Assembly (NCBI GenBank): GCA_036405415.1
Contig: DASWXP010000002.1
Span: 272,351-336,350 of the forward strand
Direction of reading: 5' to 3'
From: Minisyncoccota bacterium
Lineage (GTDB): Bacteria; Patescibacteriota; Minisyncoccia; Phycocordibacterales; Phycocordibacteraceae
Length of the DNA stretch: 64,000 bases
The position numbers and the translations under genes were made by a program. Shown in pieces: positions 61,262 to 64,000 of the stretch (positions are counted from its first letter, which is position 1; each line of letters starts with the position of its first letter). The notes below the pieces were generated by a model. It was not told the DNA's origin. It worked only from the letters and a program-made list of their open reading frames with translations, and searched no databases.

Positions 61262-61627
61262 CTACTGCGCGTACCAGGCCTGCATCCAGTCTTTCATCAT
61301 CTGGATCTCTGAGGCCTGCGCGGAGAGTATGGCCTGTGCGAGATCCTTGATCTCCTGATGCTTTGCGCTCATGAGCGCCGCCTCTGCCATCTCAATAGCA
61401 CCCTCATGATGCGCGATCATCTCTTCGAGGAACGCCTGATCAAACGCGTCTCCGGTCTTTCCCTCTAAAGACTGCGTCATGTGTTCCATCTCGGCATGCA
61501 TATCACGGGAGCCATGCGACATAGGCGCATCATCTCCCACTTCTTTCCCGGTAACGGCCATGACGGCTCCAGCACCGATAACAACACCTATTGCGCCCAC
61601 GACGATGGTTTTGACGGTTTCGTTCAT
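61262..61627 (-). CDS. DUF305-domain protein
   Basis: FDQAFLEEMIAHHEGAIEMA, AQASEIQMM. Confidence 0.92.
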   Translation of the reverse strand: MNETVKTIVVGAIGVVIGAGAVMAVTGKEVGDDAPMSHGSRDMHAEMEHMTQSLEGKTGDAFDQAFLEEMIAHHEGAIEMAEAALMSAKHQEIKDLAQAILSAQASEIQMMKDWMQAWYAQ

Positions 61628-61676
61628 GCGGAAAGTATACCAGCGTGGGTCAAAAGTTCCTGCTTAAGGCTCTGGA

Positions 61677-62387
61677 TCAGCGCATGGGCACCTCGATGAG
61701 GATTACCGAAGCAGAATCTGTTGCAGAAAGAGTTATCGACTCAAACTCTGATACCCCTAGGCCGTCTCGTGCGCCAAATTCTATATCTCCGACCGTGACG
61801 CTTCCCCCAACCACAAACACATAAACCCCGTGCTCTTCGGTGCGCAGAGCATATGACAAAGGATGCGCGGCATCGATTCTTGCATAAGAGATATAGGCAT
61901 CTTGCTGAATGGGCAGCGAACCCTCGCGCCCTCCCTCGCTCGCTAAAAGCGCTATGCCCGGAGCCTGCTCTCCAAGATTAAATGCCTTCTGCGCGTAGTT
62001 GGGTTCGCTGTTGGGCTTATTGGTCTCTATCCATATCTGAAACAGCGTCAGCGGTTCTTCCTCTGACTTATTCTCTTCTGCGTGTGTCACTCCCGTCCCC
62101 GCAGACATAACCTGTACGTCGCCTGCCGGAACGTCAAAAGAATTTCCGAGGCTATCGGTATGCGTAACCGTTCCGCCCGTTACGATGGTAATGATCTCCA
62201 TGTCCCTATGGGAATGCGCACCGAATCCCGTTGAGGGCGCGATCTGGTCGTCGTTCAATACGCGCAGCTTGCCGAAGCCCATCCGGGTTGGATCGTACCA
62301 GTTCGCAAAGCTGAAGCTATACCTAGTTGATAGCCATCCGTAGTCTCCCCCGCCTCGTGTGGTTGATCGATGTAGTAGCGTTTTCAT
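61677..62387 (-). CDS. Pirin family protein (YhhW-like)
   Basis: SFSFA, LRVLNDD, GFGAHSHRDMEI, MSAGTGVTHAE. Confidence 0.95.
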   Translation of the reverse strand: MKTLLHRSTTRGGGDYGWLSTRYSFSFANWYDPTRMGFGKLRVLNDDQIAPSTGFGAHSHRDMEIITIVTGGTVTHTDSLGNSFDVPAGDVQVMSAGTGVTHAEENKSEEEPLTLFQIWIETNKPNSEPNYAQKAFNLGEQAPGIALLASEGGREGSLPIQQDAYISYARIDAAHPLSYALRTEEHGVYVFVVGGSVTVGDIEFGARDGLGVSEFESITLSATDSASVILIEVPMR

Positions 62388-62423
62388 ACTCTGATTGTTT
62401 AGATAGTATTCGAGCTAACCTGA

Positions 62424-63266
62424 CTATTTGATGCCGTAGAAATCGTAGAAATCCTGGATATTTCCATGAGCCGTTCGAGGCGGCATTGGGAGCGCATCGG
62501 CAAGTCTGTCTAGCGGCACCTCCCTCGCTTTCTCAAGGAACTCGTCTGCGAGTTCCTGTTTGAATCCATACTCACCGGGCTTCTTATCTTTTCCTCCGAG
62601 GAATTGGCCCCATATGGCAAGTCCCCGATCCCAACGCTTGGGCTGGTAGTCTATTCCTCCAACAATAAAGGTATCTGGATAGAGACGCCGATATGCTTCA
62701 AGATTATAGAGGTTCGTGCATCCTCGAACGTATCTTGCGTCAGGATGCTTTTCTTTTACTTCGCGGAACATTTGTGCGAGCTCGCTTTTCCTGCGTTCTA
62801 GTTTTTCTTTACTGAGCGGCCCTGTTGAGACGAGTTCCCCATCCTTCCATTCCTCATCGGCCTCACCGTTAAAGAAGTGCACGCGCACAGTCTTTGTGTC
62901 CTCCTCATAATCATAGGAAGAGCAGCCAAAACGTCCGTCCTCTTCATTCCGATATGGCACACCCTTCATGCCATAGCTCTTTCGACGCTCGAGCTGCTCT
63001 GCATACCCGGCCTCAAGTGCGTTCTCGTCAGTTATGCCTGGCAGGAGCTCTTTCTTGCCATCTTCAGTACGTATAGCAGCGTTAAGGAGCGGCGCGTACT
63101 GCTTGATAGCTTCGATAAGCGGCAAGTCTTGACGCTCTGCCATGAGCTTCGCGAACGCGAATTGCGTATCAAATAACCCCTTTGGATAAACAAATTGGAG
63201 ATTGTCTTTCCAGTACTCGGGCGTCTGAATCGATTCAGATTTATGGAGCTGTGGTGAGTGTTCCAT
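62424..63266 (-). CDS. Hypothetical protein
   Basis: 280-aa ORF, lower GC; LYNLEAYRRLYP and WGQF motifs. Confidence 0.7.
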   Translation of the reverse strand: MEHSPQLHKSESIQTPEYWKDNLQFVYPKGLFDTQFAFAKLMAERQDLPLIEAIKQYAPLLNAAIRTEDGKKELLPGITDENALEAGYAEQLERRKSYGMKGVPYRNEEDGRFGCSSYDYEEDTKTVRVHFFNGEADEEWKDGELVSTGPLSKEKLERRKSELAQMFREVKEKHPDARYVRGCTNLYNLEAYRRLYPDTFIVGGIDYQPKRWDRGLAIWGQFLGGKDKKPGEYGFKQELADEFLEKAREVPLDRLADALPMPPRTAHGNIQDFYDFYGIK

Positions 63267-63398
63267 GCCACCTAATTAGAGCACAAGATCTTCGAGCTGG
63301 TTGTTTGGGGCGGTATTAGAACTATTCTGTCCTTTCGCTTATTGATTTACTAGATAAGTGTGATATAAAATAAACGAACCCTGAATTGGAGAAGTTCA

Positions 63399-63803
63399 TT
63401 GGAAGAAAGCACACTAGCCATCCTGACTGAAACCCAGAGTCGACTTTCGCGGCTCATATCGGAGGAAGAGCCCCGCTACCCTCCGAGACAACTACGACTT
63501 CAATCGCCTGGTGCCGTTATTCTCGGCAGGGCATCGAGGGAGCAGCAGGCGATCGCAACGCTCTATGGACAGATCTGCACAGAGCATTGGGAAGCCCATA
63601 AAGCTTCCGGGCTCCCTGAGAAAATCACTCCTCGTGTGAGCTTCGATCATCATTACAACCATGTGGCGGCTCCCATGCTGTCCGAGTTGCTGATATGGTC
63701 GGCGCACAGGGATTACCCAGATATCTCTGAGACGATGTCCATCGGCGCAATTCAGATCGATAACGACTGGAACATGTACGCGATACCAAGAATTGCGTCA
63801 TGA
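63399..63803 (+). CDS. Hypothetical protein in promoter-SD-terminator cassette (TTG start)
   Basis: TTGATT-16-TATAAA, GGAG 7 nt before TTG, hairpin 63814-63858. Confidence 0.6.
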   Translation: MEESTLAILTETQSRLSRLISEEEPRYPPRQLRLQSPGAVILGRASREQQAIATLYGQICTEHWEAHKASGLPEKITPRVSFDHHYNHVAAPMLSELLIWSAHRDYPDISETMSIGAIQIDNDWNMYAIPRIAS

Positions 63804-63871
63804 CCGCTCGAACAAAAAGGAACTGCCCGTTCCTTTCGGTTCGGGCGGTTTCTTTTTTATAAATCTACGAG

Positions 63872-63942
63872 CTGCCGGGCAGGGACTCGAACCCCGATTG
63901 ACGGTGCCAGAAACCGCTGTCCTACCTTTAGACGACCCGGCA
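63872..63942 (-). tRNA. tRNA-Gln(CTG), CCA not encoded
   Basis: TGCCGGG acceptor, GCGGT-TTCTGGC-ACCGT, GTTCGAGTC. Confidence 0.94.
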
Positions 63943-64000
63943 ATACCGAGGAGCGGCCGAAACCGCTCCCGGTTCGCACACAATACCTGGAAACCCAGGC

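Overview
A compact, GC-rich bacterial chromosomal window. Its gene content and style point to Patescibacteria/CPR, probably Parcubacteria (inference). Housekeeping genes include ftsZ, trxB, tsaD, valS, lepA, murJ, htpX/lemA, groES/EL, secG, rnj, mutY, nth, bcp, msrB, typA, def, mltG, a PIF1-like helicase, an RND pump and a two-component pair. There are 8 tRNAs and RNase P RNA. I found no CRISPR array, integrase, transposase or prophage. The main observation is two contrasting expression grammars. Native genes mostly lack Shine-Dalgarno (SD) sites and often have a -10 box 6-10 nt before the ATG (leaderless). Seven scattered single-gene cassettes instead carry a promoter, an SD 6-9 nt before the start and their own terminator. 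These include an alphaproteobacterial-type GcrA cell-cycle regulator and a stand-alone DnaA domain-IV protein, so they may be a host-oriented gene set (hypothesis). There is also an unannotated ~200-nt structured ncRNA between nth and pspC, several unannotated microproteins, and tRNAs abutting ORFs.
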